Origin: Lingula anatina
Taxonomy: Eukaryota > Animalia > Brachiopoda
DNA: 64,000 nt
Direction: 5' to 3'
Assembly (NCBI GenBank): GCA_051362555.1
Contig: CM120645.1
Coordinates: 11,842,001-11,906,000 of the forward strand
The notes below the pieces were generated by a model. It did not search any database and was not told where the DNA came from. It saw only the letters and a list, made by a program, of their open reading frames with translations. Both the position numbers and the translations under genes were made by a program. Shown piece after piece: positions 24,801 to 38,934 of this stretch (position 1 is its first letter; the number at the start of each line of letters is the position of its first letter).

Positions 24801-27800
24801 CGCCGATGCCGATGCCGTCGCCGATGCTGTCGCCGATGCCGGCGCCGTGCACTTTCAGTGTTAACACGATAAGTGGAAGACAGTTTTACTTTTTGGCTTT
24901 ATATTTACAAAGCTGATGAATATTCATAAAACGCAGGTCAAGTTCGAAAATCAGCATGATCGAGCCATTATTGTAGAAGTTATGCTGTTTTTTCACTTTT
25001 CAGCATATATATACAACGCTGTTAACACATTTCAAGGAAAACCGATAGGCCTGTTGTCATGAAACTCACAGGAGCAATCAATCTTACTAAAATGCAGGTC
25101 AAGTTCAAAAATCGGCATGATCGGGCCACCATTTTAGTAGTTATGCTGTTTTTTCACTTTTTAGCATATATGCAACACTGTAAACACAATATAAGAATAA
25201 AAACAGATAGGCCAATTGTCATTTAAACTCACAGGAGTGGTCAATCTTACTAAAATGCAGGTTGAGTTTGAAAATTAGCATAATCGGGCCATTATTTTAG
25301 AAGTTATGCTGTTTTTTCACATTTCCTTAGATTCAATTCTTAGGCATGTTAACAGTTTCATTATTTAATTAATAAGAAATGTAAAAGTGTTTGTTTGACA
25401 TTTTCTGCATCTTTACAACATTGTTAGTTGATTTTTTAAAAATGATGGTAAACTTGTTATGGTGTATTGTGTAATTAAGTGTCAAAAATGGAAATAAACT
25501 CATATCATTGCAGTTTGTCAGATTCAATTATTCAGTATGTTTAGAATCTCAGAATGGAAGAAATTGGACATTTAACACTATTCTATTAATATTTTTCCCA
25601 TCTCATTAATTTTCTTAGTTGATCATATAAAAATGGCATTAAACTGTTAATTTTGTTTTATGTAAAAAAAATGTTAAAAATGGGGAAAAAACCCATTTTA
25701 GAACAGTGCTGTCTTGTTTCACATTTCCTCAGTTTCAATTCTGAGGCATGTTAACAGTCTCATTATTGAACTAATAACATATGTAAAAGTGTTTGTTAGC
25801 CATTTCCTTCATCTTTACATCATTGTTAGTTGGTTATGTAAAAATGATGGTAAACTTGTTCTCATGTATTGTGTAATAAAGTTTCAAAAATGGAAATAAA
25901 CTCATAGCATTGCATTTTGTCAGATTCAATCATTCAGTATGTTCAGAATCTCAGAATGGAAGAAATTGGACATTTAACACTGCTCTATTGATATTTTTAT
26001 GTACAGACACAGATGTGTCTGTACATATTGCCATCACCTGCGTCTGTCGTCGCCGTCGCCGTGCACTTTCAGCGTTAACACCATAAGTGAAAGACAGTTT
26101 AACTTTTTGGCTTTATATTTACAGAGCTGACTAATATTCATAAAACGCAGGTCAAGTTCGAAAATCAGCATGATCGGGCCATTATTGTAGAATTTATCCT
26201 GTTTTTTCACTTTTTAGCATATTTGCAACACTGTTAACACATTTCAAGGAAAACCGATAGGCCTGTTGTCATGAAACTCACAGGAGTTATCAATCTTACT
26301 AAAACGCAGAGCAAGTTCGAAAATCGGCATGATCAGGCCACTATTTTAGTAGTTATGCTGTTTTTTTCACTTTTCAGCATATGTGCAACACTGTTAACAC
26401 ATTTCAAGGAAAACCGATAGACCTGTTGTCATGAAACTCACAGGAGTAATCAATCTTACTAAAATGCAGGTCAAGTTCGAAAATCAGCATAATCGGGCCA
26501 TTTTTTTATAAGTTATGCTGTTTTTTCACATTTCCTCAGATTCAATTCTTCGGCATGTTAACAGTCTCATTATTTAACTAATAAGATTAGTAAAAGTGTT
26601 TGTTTGACATTTCCTGCATCTTTACAACATTGTTAGTTGATTATGTAAAAATTATGGTAAACTTGTTATCATGTATTGTATAATAGAGTTTCAAAAATGG
26701 AAATAAACTCATTGCAGTTTGTCAGATTCATTCATTCACTATGTTCAGAAACTCAGAATGGAGGAAATTGGACATTAAACACTGTTCTATTGATATTTTT
26801 CCCATCTCATCAATTTTCTTAGTTGATCATATTTAAATGGCAGTAAATTGTTAATTTTGTTATATGTTAAAAAATTGTTAAAAATGAAAAAAAAACACAT
26901 TTCAGGACAGTGCTGTCTTGTCTACATTTTGGCATTTTCAAGGTGTGACTTTGAAGTTCCTTGGGCCTGAAGACCTTTGCTAGGTACATTTTCTGAATAT
27001 CCATGATACTAATATTTTATTATTAAAAATTGATGGTAATTATCCTGTTAAACATTATGTAATATTGCATCAAAATTTGAAGACACCCCTATTTTGGACA
27101 CTGCTCCCATGATGACCATATAAGGAAAACCATGTCACTTACTGTTCTCAAACTTACAGGAAGAAACATGGGACTTAAATAAAGCTTCAGTGGGCAATGC
27201 AGTCTATTTGGTATATTTTTTTGGCAGTTAATCAGTTTTTTGTGAAAATTTAATTTTTCACATATTGGCATTTTCAAGGTGTGACTTAAGAATCTCCACC
27301 GGCTTGAAGACCCATGCTAGTCACATTTCTGAAAATCCATGATACGGATCTTTTATTAATAAAAACTGATGGTCATTATGCTGTTAAGCATTATGTAATA
27401 TTGCATTAAAATAGAAGAAAACACAATTTTGGGTGCTGCTGCCATGATGACCATTATGGGAGAACCATGTTACTTATGATTGTCAATCTTTCAAAAAAGA
27501 AACAGGACTAAAATGCAGCCTGAGTTAGAAAAGCAGTCTAATTGGCTTCTTTTTCTGGAAGTTATACATTTTAGTGAAATATTCATTTTTATCATGTTGG
27601 CATATTCATTGTGGGACTCGAAGCTCCCATGGACATGAAGCCAAATGGTAATCAAATTTTCTACATGTCCATGCTATTTATAGTCAATAATCAAAAATTG
27701 GTGATAATTATTCTGTAATTTATTATGTAATGTTACATCAAAATTGACAAAAATCTTTTTGCACTGCTACTACAAACATTATGAAAAGAAAACTGTGTTA

Positions 27801-30800
27801 CTTATTATTATTTTCAACTTACAAGTATGATTTGTAGGATTGGCATGCAGTTCAAATAAGGAAGCCAGCTCAAATGGGTTATCATTTCTTATTGAATTTA
27901 AGCAGTTTTATGTGAAATTTTCATTTTTCTCATTCTGGCATTTTCAAAGTGTGAACTTAAACTCCCATGGGCCTGAAGCCTTACGCTTGTTACACATTTC
28001 ACTTACATTGGTAATACCTGTTGAGCATAATTAAAATTTGATGTTGAATTTGCAGTTAAGCATAATGTACTTTTGCATCAGAATTGACAGTAGCCCGTTT
28101 TGTTATTTCCTGCTTTTTGTCTGTACATTTGACAGCTTTGCTGCCTTGTTAATAATAATAATAATTTAATTGAACACCAAATGCAGATATTGCAATGACA
28201 GTTACAGACTTAAAATCAACTACCTCTGATTTTACAAAAAACATATAGTATATATATAAAGGGTTTCAGTACATTATGTCAAATATAACATGATAATTCT
28301 ACAAACTTATTATCATCTCTGACTTCAGTTTCTCTTTGCAGTACATTTGAATGTATTTTGAAAAGCAGATTACTATATTCATTTACTGTTGGTATCACAA
28401 TTTGAAGTTGTCAAGTGAATAAAACTCAGCTTTTATTTTATTGTTGTTTCCAGGAGTAGAAAGTGACTTTGATTTCTGCCAGTCAACTGTCAAGAAGATC
28501 TTCAGTAACCCAGATATGGCAGACAAACTTTTGGAGAGTTTTGGGTGCAAACTAAGGTGAGACAATGAAATAAGAAGGTTTTGTTTAACACCAATGCTTT
28601 TTTAAAATTTAATATTTTTAACCCAACAGTTTCTCAGAAATAAGGGTATTTTGGTTTTCTGTTTGAAACCTACAGATTGGTTTCAGCTATGCTAAATAAC
28701 AGATTCATCATGATACATTAACTCATTCTATAAATTTGTTTGTATACAAAAAACATCGGGTAGAAACATTTCCTGGAAATTTTTTGATACTTTTCCCTTT
28801 AAGTCCTTTATGTCAAATACTTAGGCTTCATTCACATGCAATGTCTATTTTCTAAATTCTATTTTCTATTCGCGGTATGTCTTATGATCACGGCCTGTGC
28901 CCTGAATATCCCGCGGCGTAATTACTGGCAGCGCGAGCCAGTTACTATAATTTACTATAAGTAACTGGCTCGCGCTGCCAGTAATTACGCGGCGGGATAT
29001 TCAGGGCACAGACCGTGATCATAAGATAGCGCGAATAGAAAATAGATTTTTAGAAAATAGACATTCCATGTGAACGAAGCCTCAAACATCTCTTCTATTG
29101 AAACCACAATTAACAAGCACATTTTCTGATTTAATTTTCTTCATTGAGATTGTTCAGATGTATTTTCTTTAAAGGAATATTTTATTGAAAAATAAGTACC
29201 CTTTCCTTTTATCTCCACTTGCAGTGCTGCAAACTCTATTAACTGGGGTCGTCTGCTGCCACAAACAGTGTATCATATCACAGCCTACCTGGACCTGGTG
29301 CAGACGTCTGGCATCAAGATGGGAGAAATGGTGGACTTGTGTATTCCAACTGGAAACTTTGGGAATATTCTCACTGCTTTTTATGCAAGGGTAAGATACG
29401 CTCGGGGAAGTATGTATTTGGGGGATTTCTGTCCTCTTTTTATGTGAAAAATAAAGTTAGGAAAGTTGTTAAGTATTTTTAGACGTGCAGAAATGGGATA
29501 ATTTTATTTGAGATTATGGGGGGATAAAGTTTAATGTTTAGGCAGCATTTTAAGTCACTATGAAAATATTTTATGCAATTAATTCTGCTCAGAGCAGTTG
29601 AGCAATTGGTTTTATTTAGCTGATACCTATCAAATGTGCTGTTGAGTTGGTCTTCCATTTCTTCATTTATTTGATTTTTTTTGTATATTTTAGGAAATGG
29701 GTGTGCCGATACACAGATTAATCCTAGCCTCCAATGTCAACAACATTCTGACGGAATTCTTCACAACAGGGAGGTACAATCTAAGAAATCAGCACTTACG
29801 CCAGACAATCTCGCCTGCCATTGACATCCTAAAATCTTCCAATCTGGAAAGGTTTCTGTATCACATGACTGATGGAGACTTTGATCAGATCAAGGAGTGG
29901 TATTCCCAGTTGGACAAAGATGGCCACTTCACTGTTCCAACAGAGGTATTATATAAACACATGGAAATAAATCAGCTTAGATTCGCCCAGTTGATTGCCT
30001 TACTAATACTATGTTGGATTATATTATACTGTCTAGTAATAATAACTATATAAATGTAATAGATTGATTTTATTGATATAGTAGAATAAAGCACATCAGT
30101 TAGCCTCCCCCCCACCCACCCACCCACACACACACACACATATCTTATCTGAGGTGTCTGAATGCCATCTAACGTTTTACGATATTTTGCTTACATTACA
30201 GCTCGTTAACAAGATGCAGGACATCATTAAAGTTGACTGGTGTAGTGAAGAGGACTGCAAGAGTGCAATGAGGGACACATTTCAGGAAACAGGCAAGTCT
30301 GTTTTATTTATATTTAATTTATGAATCCAAGAGTATTGATGGGGTAGAGTTTGAGCGAGTTGATGCAACTTATTTGGGGTATCAATTCAAGGGTGTAAGA
30401 ACCCCATTTTGACACAAATTTGTACACTCACTGAATCTATCTATTATGTACTCTTCTGGTTGTAATAAATCCAAGTTCCCATCAACTCTTAATCTGTCAT
30501 TCCAGGCTATCTGCTAGACCCCCACACTGCAGTAGGGAAAGTAATAGCAGACCGGTTCAACCAAGGAGACAGACCAGTGGTCATAGCCTCTACAGCTCAC
30601 TATGGGAAGTTTGCACAGGACGTTTACTCAGCCATTAACAAAGATGACGGTAGATTGGATTTAAACCCTGCGGAACTGTTTGAGGAACTTGGCGCCAGGC
30701 ACCCCAGACCTGCTATGCACTGGACCCTGGGGAATGTGGTAGAAAAAGCCCCAGTGCACAGAACTGTGTGTGGAGCAGATTTGAGAGAAATAGAGAAAAA

Positions 30801-30834
30801 ACTGGAGAAATTTGTTGAAAGATGTTGGCACTGA
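21891..30834 (+). CDS. THNSL1: Threonine synthase-like 1 (shikimate-kinase-like domain fused to a PLP-dependent threonine synthase domain)
   Basis: Ten phase-consistent exons: 21891-21977 (basic presequence-like MLSALKCFKATGVSQALRRNF), 22393-22533 (GSPGSGKT P-loop), 22822-23633 (ELFHGPTASFKD, PLP lysine), 24045-24115 (ATSGDTG), 24602-24703, 28454-28556, 29225-29390 (NSINWGR, PTGNFGN), 29694-29945, 30202-30292 and 30506-30834 (DPHTA, TAHYGKF). Confidence 0.93.
24734..28150 (+). mobile_element. Helentron-like non-autonomous element (HINE), composite with two heads (24734 and 25999), in THNSL1 intron 5
   Basis: Head hairpin atgtacagac-acagatgt-gtctgtacat, then a (gtcgcc)n microsatellite and ~161-bp tandem monomers. 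3' subTIR gtctgtacat followed by hairpin gacagctttgctgcc and ttgtt. T-rich insertion site with no evident TSD. Confidence 0.8.
28824..29081. mobile_element. Fold-back MITE (near-perfect 258-bp palindrome), Harbinger-like
   Basis: The left arm ggcttcattcacatgcaatgtctattttcta... pairs with the right arm ...tagaaaatagacattccatgtgaacgaagcc all the way to the centre near 28950. Flanks tta/tca. Confidence 0.8.
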
Positions 30835-31407
30835 AGTTATCCTTTAACATACAATGCAATTGTATGGATGGTGTTAAAGGGAAATCCGAATGAAACGGCA
30901 AGAACTTGAAACCAAGGGGTGTCGATAGCAATTTCAAGTCTCAGTAACTGGAATAATGTACTCCTCTACATGTAGGAGGCCAACTTTTATGAATTACAGG
31001 ACATTACAACTTTTGATGGCGATATGGATTTTGGTTACAACTCCAGGTGCAGGTGCTGTATATGGTTCAGCAAGATTCTATTAAATGGACCAGAAGAGGA
31101 AAGCAGTTTGCTAACATATACCACTGTATAGAACTGAAGCCATTTGTCAAAAGACGTCATCAGAATTTTTCATTCTTAAAAGAAAAAGAATACAATTGAA
31201 GTATTGATAAGCAGTATAAGGATATTTATTTCAAGAAATGAATTATTATATTTAAGAGATACTGTCAACCACTAACAATCAAAATAATACCATTTTTGGT
31301 AAAGTTTTACTTAATTAAACACCCACCACCATGAAATATGTGAATAATAAAGCTGAAAAAAACCCACTAATATGTTATTTAAACAATCATTGACAAAATT
31401 AACATAA

Positions 31408-33255
31408 AACAAGGCAGCAAAGCTGTCAAATGTACAGACAAAGAACAGAAAATAAAGATGCAAATAAGTGAAAAATTAAATTTTCACAAAAAACTGTTAA
31501 ATTGCCAGAAAAATTTACCAAACAGACTGCGTTGCCTATTGAAGCTGTATGTTAGACCCATGTTTCTTTCCTGTAAGTTTGAGAACAGTAAGTGACATGA
31601 TTTCCCTTAAATGGTCATCATAGGAGCAGTGCCCAAAATAGGGGTTTCTTCAAATTTTGATGCAACATTACATAATGTTTAACAGCATAATGACAATCAA
31701 ATGTTATTAATAAAATATTAGTAACATGGACATTCAGAAAATGTGACAAGCAAAAGTCTTCAAGATCATGGAACTTTAAAGTCACACCTTGAAAATGCCA
31801 ATATGTGAAAAATTAAATTTTCACAAAAAACTGTTTAACTGCCAAAATAAATAAATAAATAAATAAAAATACCAAACAGACTGCATTGCCTACTGAAGCT
31901 GTATTTTAGTCCCATGTTTCTTTCCTGTAAGTTTGAGAACAGTAAGTGACATGATTTTCCTTAAATGGTCATCATGGAAGCAGTGCCCAAAAAAGGGGTT
32001 TCTTCAAATTTTGATGCAATATTACATAATGTTTAACAGCTTAATGACCATCAATTTTTAATTATAAAATATTTGTTTCACAGATATTCAGAAAATGTGA
32101 CTAGCAAAGGTCTTCAGGCCCATGGAACTTCAAAGTCACGCCTTGAAAATGCCAAAATGTAAACAAGACAGCACTGTTCTGAAATGGGTTTATTTCCATT
32201 TTTAACACTTTTTTAACATAAAACAAAATAAACATTTTACTGCCATTTTATATGATCAACTAAGAAAATTGATGAGATGGGAAAAGTATCAATAGAACAG
32301 TGTTAAATGTCCAATTTCCTCCATTCTGAGATTCTGAACACAGCGGATGATTGAATCTGACAAACTGCAATGATATGAGTTTATTTCCATTTTTGACACT
32401 TTATTACACAATACATGATAACAAGTTTACCATGTTTTTTACATAATCAACTAACAATGTTGTAAAGATGCAGGAAATATCAAACAAACACTTTTAGGCA
32501 TCTTATTAGTTAAATAATGAGACTGTTAACATGCCTAATAATTGAATCTGAGGAAATGTGAAAAACAGTATAACTTCTAAAATAATGGCCTGATTATGCT
32601 GATTTTCGAACTCAACCTGCGTTTTAGTAAGATTGACCACTCCTGTGAGTATGAATACAATTGGCCAATCCGTTTTTCTTATATTGTGTTATCAGTGTTG
32701 TATTTATATTGAAAATAGTGAAAAAAACAGCATAAATTCCCTAAAAATGGCCCAATCATGCTGTTTTTCGAACTTGACCTGCGTATTATGAATATTCATC
32801 AGTTCTGTAAGTTTCAAGTCAAAAGGTAAAATGGTTTTCCACTTATCGTGTTATCGGTGCTGCATATATGCTGAAAAAAGTGAAAAAACAGCATAAATTC
32901 CCTAAAAGTGACCCGAACATGCTGATTTTCGAACTTGACCTGTGTATTATGAATATTCATCAGTTCTGTAAGTTTCAAGGCAAAAGGTAAAATGGTTTTC
33001 CACTTATTGTGTTATCGGTGCTGCATATATGCTGAAAAAAGTGAAAAAACAGCATAAATTCCCTAAAAGTGACCCGATCATGCTGATTTTCGAACTTGAC
33101 CTGCGTATTATGAATATTCATCAGTTCTGCAAGTTTCAAGTCAAAAGGTAAAATGGTTTTCCACTTATCGTGTTATCGGTAAAAGTGCACGGCGACGACG
33201 GCGACGACAGACGCAGATGATGGCTATATGTACAGACACATCTGTGTCTGTACAT
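31408..33255 (-). mobile_element. HINE element (subfamily B) between the convergent 3' ends of THNSL1 and the MYND gene
   Basis: Tail aacaaggcagcaaagctgtcaaatgtacagac at 31408, head hairpin ending at 33255, and ~161-bp monomers at 32770, 32931 and 33092. Confidence 0.8.
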
Positions 33256-34258
33256 AAAAACAGAAGTGAAAACACGACAAATAATTAAATTGCATATTAT
33301 AATAATAAGGTATATAAATACTGTGGACATCTGCAGTTAGTGCATTTGCCACTTGTAATTCAGTTTATTATTTTAGAAAATAAATGTTATAATACAACCC
33401 AACTTTCCCAAAGATGATTTTTTTAACTAAAAATCTCCTGGCACCAATTTGCATAATACCCTCACCTTTAATAAATTAATGAGGGGCGTAATTATCAGCA
33501 TTGGGAGAGACAGAGATTGGGAGAGATAGAGTTTTATTAGATGGATGGGGGTACAGAGAATATAATCGCCTAATCCATGTTTTCTTGGCACATCATCATC
33601 ATGCAAAAAGGCAATTCAAGTGTCCCTCTCGATCTGCCTTTCAAACATACAGCACACAGGTTACTCAATACATCCGCCATCTTAACCATTGAATAACATT
33701 GAATAATGAAATGCTGCGTGAGTGTTAATAAAAATGAAATCTAATTATAATTTTAAACACCTTCCTACACATTTGACTCTTAAGCTCAAAGAATCACTTT
33801 TGATCAAACACTAAGGAACTAATTTTTGAAATTGTCCACTCTCCAACAAATATCTAAGGTTACTGAAGCACGCATTTTTTTTTACTCGCCAAATGAATTT
33901 TTACTAACTCAGTGAAAAGTTGGCATAAAAAGTCCTGCATTTTGTTATGCAAATTTAAATCAAATTACTTATCATTTGCTGATAATTTTATGGACTAAGC
34001 TTTATTTCAAACATAAACACTGTCCAGAACACGTATAAGATATACCTTTTCACTTTCTACACTTAGTTATACCTAACAAAGCTTTCTGTCACTCCCTGAC
34101 CTTCCTCATTTTGTGTTTGCTTTAATTTAGTGTAGAAAGTGAAAAGGTTTAAGCTTATAAGTTGCCAACAGACAACACAGATGAATCTCCATCAGAATCC
34201 TGTCCAGAACATGTTACAGGTCCTTCATTGCAGCACTGAACTGCCATGAACACTTTCT

Positions 34259-37200
34259 TCACTCCAGCAGGGATTCCTTGTGTTCCACCTTGTGCTTTAT
34301 TTTCCAATCTTTCACTAAAAAAGAAAAGGTGAATATCATATAACACATGAATAATCACCATCATCAGCTGCTTCAAAGTTGGAATTTCAGTTGAAATGTT
34401 GCAAAACAGGTAATGATACCATACAACAAACAATACCATCAATACCTGTTGCAAACTGAGATATGTAATGTATGTTCCTTACCTTGGCACTCCCTACCAC
34501 AGTAGTATCTTGCATTCTTCACATTCTCCTGCTTACATCTGTGGAAAACAACACAGAAAGAACAGTCAGCTGACTAGCAACTAAATCTGATCATCAATTG
34601 CATTTTAAATGCAACCAGTTTTAGTAGGACACCTAAGAATCTTTCACTTTATGCTTGTTAGAGATATGACTTTGGGTTGACAAAAAAAAAAAAAAAAAAA
34701 AAAAAAAGCTTGGTGCATGACTCTCTGATCAGGGGTCTGGGGGCTTCTTGAGGGGGCAAACCAACAAGAAGAAAGCCGATTTCTATTTTTAAATTGGAAA
34801 ATAAACCACGTCTGTTATTAATAGTTCTAACCTTCTAATACTAATTAAAATAGATGAAAATTATCAAGCACAAGCCGAAAAACTTTCATACTTTGATAAT
34901 TTTCATCTATGATCCAACTACTGAACATTTTTGCTCTTTAAAATAGTTTAGAAATCACTTACTTCTGGCATTTCTTGTATGTCTTGGCAGTCTGTTCCCT
35001 GTTCCCACAGCTTGCACACTCTTTTCTGGCATTCTTCCTCTTCTCTTCCTCAGAGTTAGGGGAGCTGGTCCTCGGGGAGTTGCTCCTCACATTGCTGGCA
35101 TCCTCAGCTACTTCAGAGGACTCTGAGGTCACTTCTCTTTCTTTTTCTTTTACTGAAAAAAAAATCAGTGGTTGTACTTTCGTACTGTCTTATAAAAATA
35201 ATTGTAGAGAATGCTTCAACAAGCCTCTGTTTGGTTTATCATATAAACTATATAAATGTATGTATAATCAAATTAATCAAAAGAGAACAGCATATAAGTA
35301 AATCTACACCCTTTCACTGTGTGTTTACCTTCTTTGCTCTCCTTTTCCCCAACTGTGGACTCCAACTTAGGCTTGGGGTCGTCAGTGTACTTTGCCTCAT
35401 AATCCACCACTTCTGCTGGGTTATTCGGGTCAACCTTCCCCGTCATGAGCAGCTGACCTGCCTCTGTCATGTGGCGGATGAACTGGATGACGTTTCCTTC
35501 CTCCTTCTCCTTCTCTGCCTTGTCCAGTATCTTGCTGACCAGTTCCTGCTTGGTGTCTTCGTCCAGTGTCATTACAGCCTGAAACAGGTCAGAGTGTGAT
35601 CAGCGAGGGCCAGCTCTAATTACTATGTGTGTTTATGGTCAGGAAAGGTCCCTGATCTCTAGTCACACTTTTGATCTTATCTCTCTTTCTGTTCACATTA
35701 GTAATCCCATAAGTAATTCAATATAATTTGTCTTATAAACATAAACCATCACAACATACAGCTATGCTTATCAAAGTGAAAAATTGTGAATGAAACCTTT
35801 TTTATGAATAAAAATCCAAAAAATCACCTCATCTTTTTCTTTCTTCTTTTTCTTCTTTCCCATCTTCTGTCCATCCCCCTGTCCATCCTCCCCTACCTGC
35901 TGGTCAGCCCCACCCACACCCCCACCCGCCTCTGACCCACTACCCTCCTCTGAGTCACTGTCCTCTACGGACTGGTCATTGTCCTTGGCTGTCTGGCCAT
36001 CGTCCACTCTTGACCCTTGTCCACTGCTGCCACAGGCATCGCCACCTTCAGTTGGCTGTCCCTCTGCTTTGGTTCTGTAAATTAAGTAATAGCAGGATTG
36101 GGGGCACAGTATAGCAAAACTCATGTTTTACACATAGCAGCGAAAATCTTGTTATTATTTCGCCATGACTTGTATGTACAGGTATTAACAAAAACTCAGT
36201 AATAAGTCTTCTTTGGTAATACGGTTAAAATCATGCAGGTTACTATCGTAGCTTTCATTATATTTCCATGGTTTTAATGATTAATATGAGACAAGACTCA
36301 GTATAAAAGGTTTCTCACAATTGCATTTCTTACTATAAGGCTATCAATTGTCACAACTCTACAAGAGTTTATAAGTATGGCAGCACAGCCCTTGCTATCA
36401 TGACGTGAACCCCGAACTCCCCCTCTCCCCTCCCCTCCCCATGATATTTCTGTTAATCTATGTATGGAAACACTCCCCTGCCACTTACTTTTTCCTCTGT
36501 TTCTGTCTCTCTTTTTTCTTCTTTTTTCTCAACTTCTGTTCTTCCTTGTAGACTTTCTCAGCCGCCTCCAGTGTGGCCTTAGAGTTAAACAACAATGTTG
36601 TTAAGTGCAGTGCAATACATAATAAAATAGTACACAGCATTACAAAAATAACATACATGATTTGAAAAGAATTAAGATTGTATCATACAACATTTACTAA
36701 CAAGCTGTACATTTTCCAAATTTAACTGGAAAAATTTTATCACAAACTTGGAACATTTCTTTCGAGGTGGTTATTCAGACTTAGTTATTTTTTATACCAA
36801 GGCATCACATTCTTTCAGACCATTATATAAATTTAGATTACACACGAACACAAATGTGCTTTTTCACATGATCTAATTATCAAAGTTCATCATGATTTTC
36901 CATTATAATTTTAATATAAATGTAACACTACAAAAATGTCTGGTATACCTTTCTCATTTTGACTGCTTCATCATCTGGTGAGGCATCCTGCTCCAAATCT
37001 TGGCTTTCCACATCTTCATCTTCCAATTCCTTGCTTTCTGAATCCTTTTCAGAGGCTTTCTCCCTCTCTTCTTCAGCTATTTTCTGCAAGAAAAGTTAGT
37101 TAGTGCAAAAAATTTGATACCCTTGGTTTCTCTAAATTCAGGGCACACAAAATTATTCACCAAAATTAATGGACATAAAAAAAAGTATGGACAAACTGGC

Positions 37201-37473
37201 ACTATTGTGCAAACACACACACACACACAAACAGAAAGACAGAGACACACACACACACACACACACACAAACCTATCTGAAAACTGTTTTCCTTCAGGTC
37301 TTTCAACTGCTTTTCAGCTCTGTGCCTTCCTCAATCTCTCAAATCACTCTGCAACACACACACAAACACACGCACTCACATAGCGAGAGAGACACACACT
37401 TTTCTTAGATCTTCTCTATTCTTTTAGCTATTTAATTTGCTATCCAATTTTGTTCCTTCCTGTCTCTATGAAA

Positions 37474-37527
<54 letters not shown>

Positions 37528-38730
37528 TGCACACACACACATGCAAATACCCCTCTCACCCACCCACCCATCCACACCCACCTGTTTGCAATCCTCTATC
37601 TTGTCCTTCAAGTCTTTCATTTGTTTCTGGTTTTGTTTCTTCCTCAGTCTCTCCCTGGCCTGCTCTCTGCGTGTGGACTGCTCCACCCTGTTCAGTAATG
37701 CCTTGGGCAAGTCGACAGGCTCCTGCATGTTGTTCTTCATCAGGTCAGAGACGGCTAAATTAACAGGTCAGAAAAAGCTTAATTAACAGGTCAGATCAGA
37801 GATGCTATGGCTACAGACGACTGAATTAACAGGTCAAAAAAAGCTTAACTAACAGGTCAGAGACAGCTAAATTAATAATAGGTCAGAAAAATCTTTACTG
37901 AAAGGTCAGGGATGCTTAATTAGCAGATCAAGGATTTCTGAATTAACAGGACAAAGACAGCTTAACTGACAGGTCTGAGTTTAATTAACAGGTCTGAGAT
38001 ATTATGAGATCAATTGTGATTTATTTACTACACATACTTTTTGTATAAGGATACTATACTACACACATTTTGTGGATCAGCTTGACTGTATGCCGAGATT
38101 TATGGTAAACATATATACTAGTTATGATTTAAATAAATTCATGCACTCTAAAACTGCGAGTTAACTATACAATTCGAAAAAACAAACAAATGAATACATA
38201 TAGTTACAATAACATGCACAAATGCAAGTTAGAATTTGGGGTTAGAAAAATCAGTATCTTTCCACATTAAGCCTCGATTCCAACACCTGTCATTTCAATA
38301 TTATGCATTTTTGATTCATAGATCTAACAATCCCCTCAGCCCTGTATCCACGTTCACCATAAGATCTTACCCTCAGTGAAAGCTTTCTTTCTCTCCGGTG
38401 TATTAACAGTCTTATCCTCCGTGTTGAAGGTCATGGTAATATTAACTCCGCCAGACTGCTGCTTCTTTTTCCTTCCATACTTTTTCTCATCTTCCTCATC
38501 TTTACTCGGGCCGGTCTTGAACACAGCCGTGTGCGGTTTCTCCTGGGGAATGTTGAGATCCAGCTGCTGAAGCTGAGACACCATCTTGTAGTCGAGGTCC
38601 CCGCGCAGTCTAAAGGATTCACTGGCTGGTTCCCCGTATTTCTTTTTCATCTCCTCTGGCACCTCAGAGGGCTTGTACATTTGGAAAGTTTCCTTGTTAA
38701 AATATTTGACATGTTTTTCCTGAAAGAAAA

Positions 38731-38761
<31 letters not shown>

Positions 38762-38903
38762 ATGTTCGTTAATATATTAACATTTACTTTGGCAGAAGTC
38801 AATATATATTTGAAAGTGCAAATCATCATTAACCATGAAAAGTTAATAATCTTGAAACTTTTCAAAACATTCAATCTCTAAAAAATCTTACCACTATACA
38901 AAA

Positions 38904-38934
<31 letters not shown>

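Noticed and set aside
21891-30834. Shikimate kinase + threonine synthase fusion as a horizontal transfer or novel fusion
   Set aside because: This is the standard architecture of animal THNSL1, and the gene has ordinary spliceosomal introns.
33568-33680. Short minus-strand ORF MADVLSNLCAVCLKG... as the last exon of the MYND gene
   Set aside because: The MYND finger is completed in phase by exon 34314-34259. This short ORF has no supporting homology that I can recognise.
37077-37786. His/Thr- and Cys/Val-rich ORFs
   Set aside because: Translations of (CA)n/(TG)n microsatellites.
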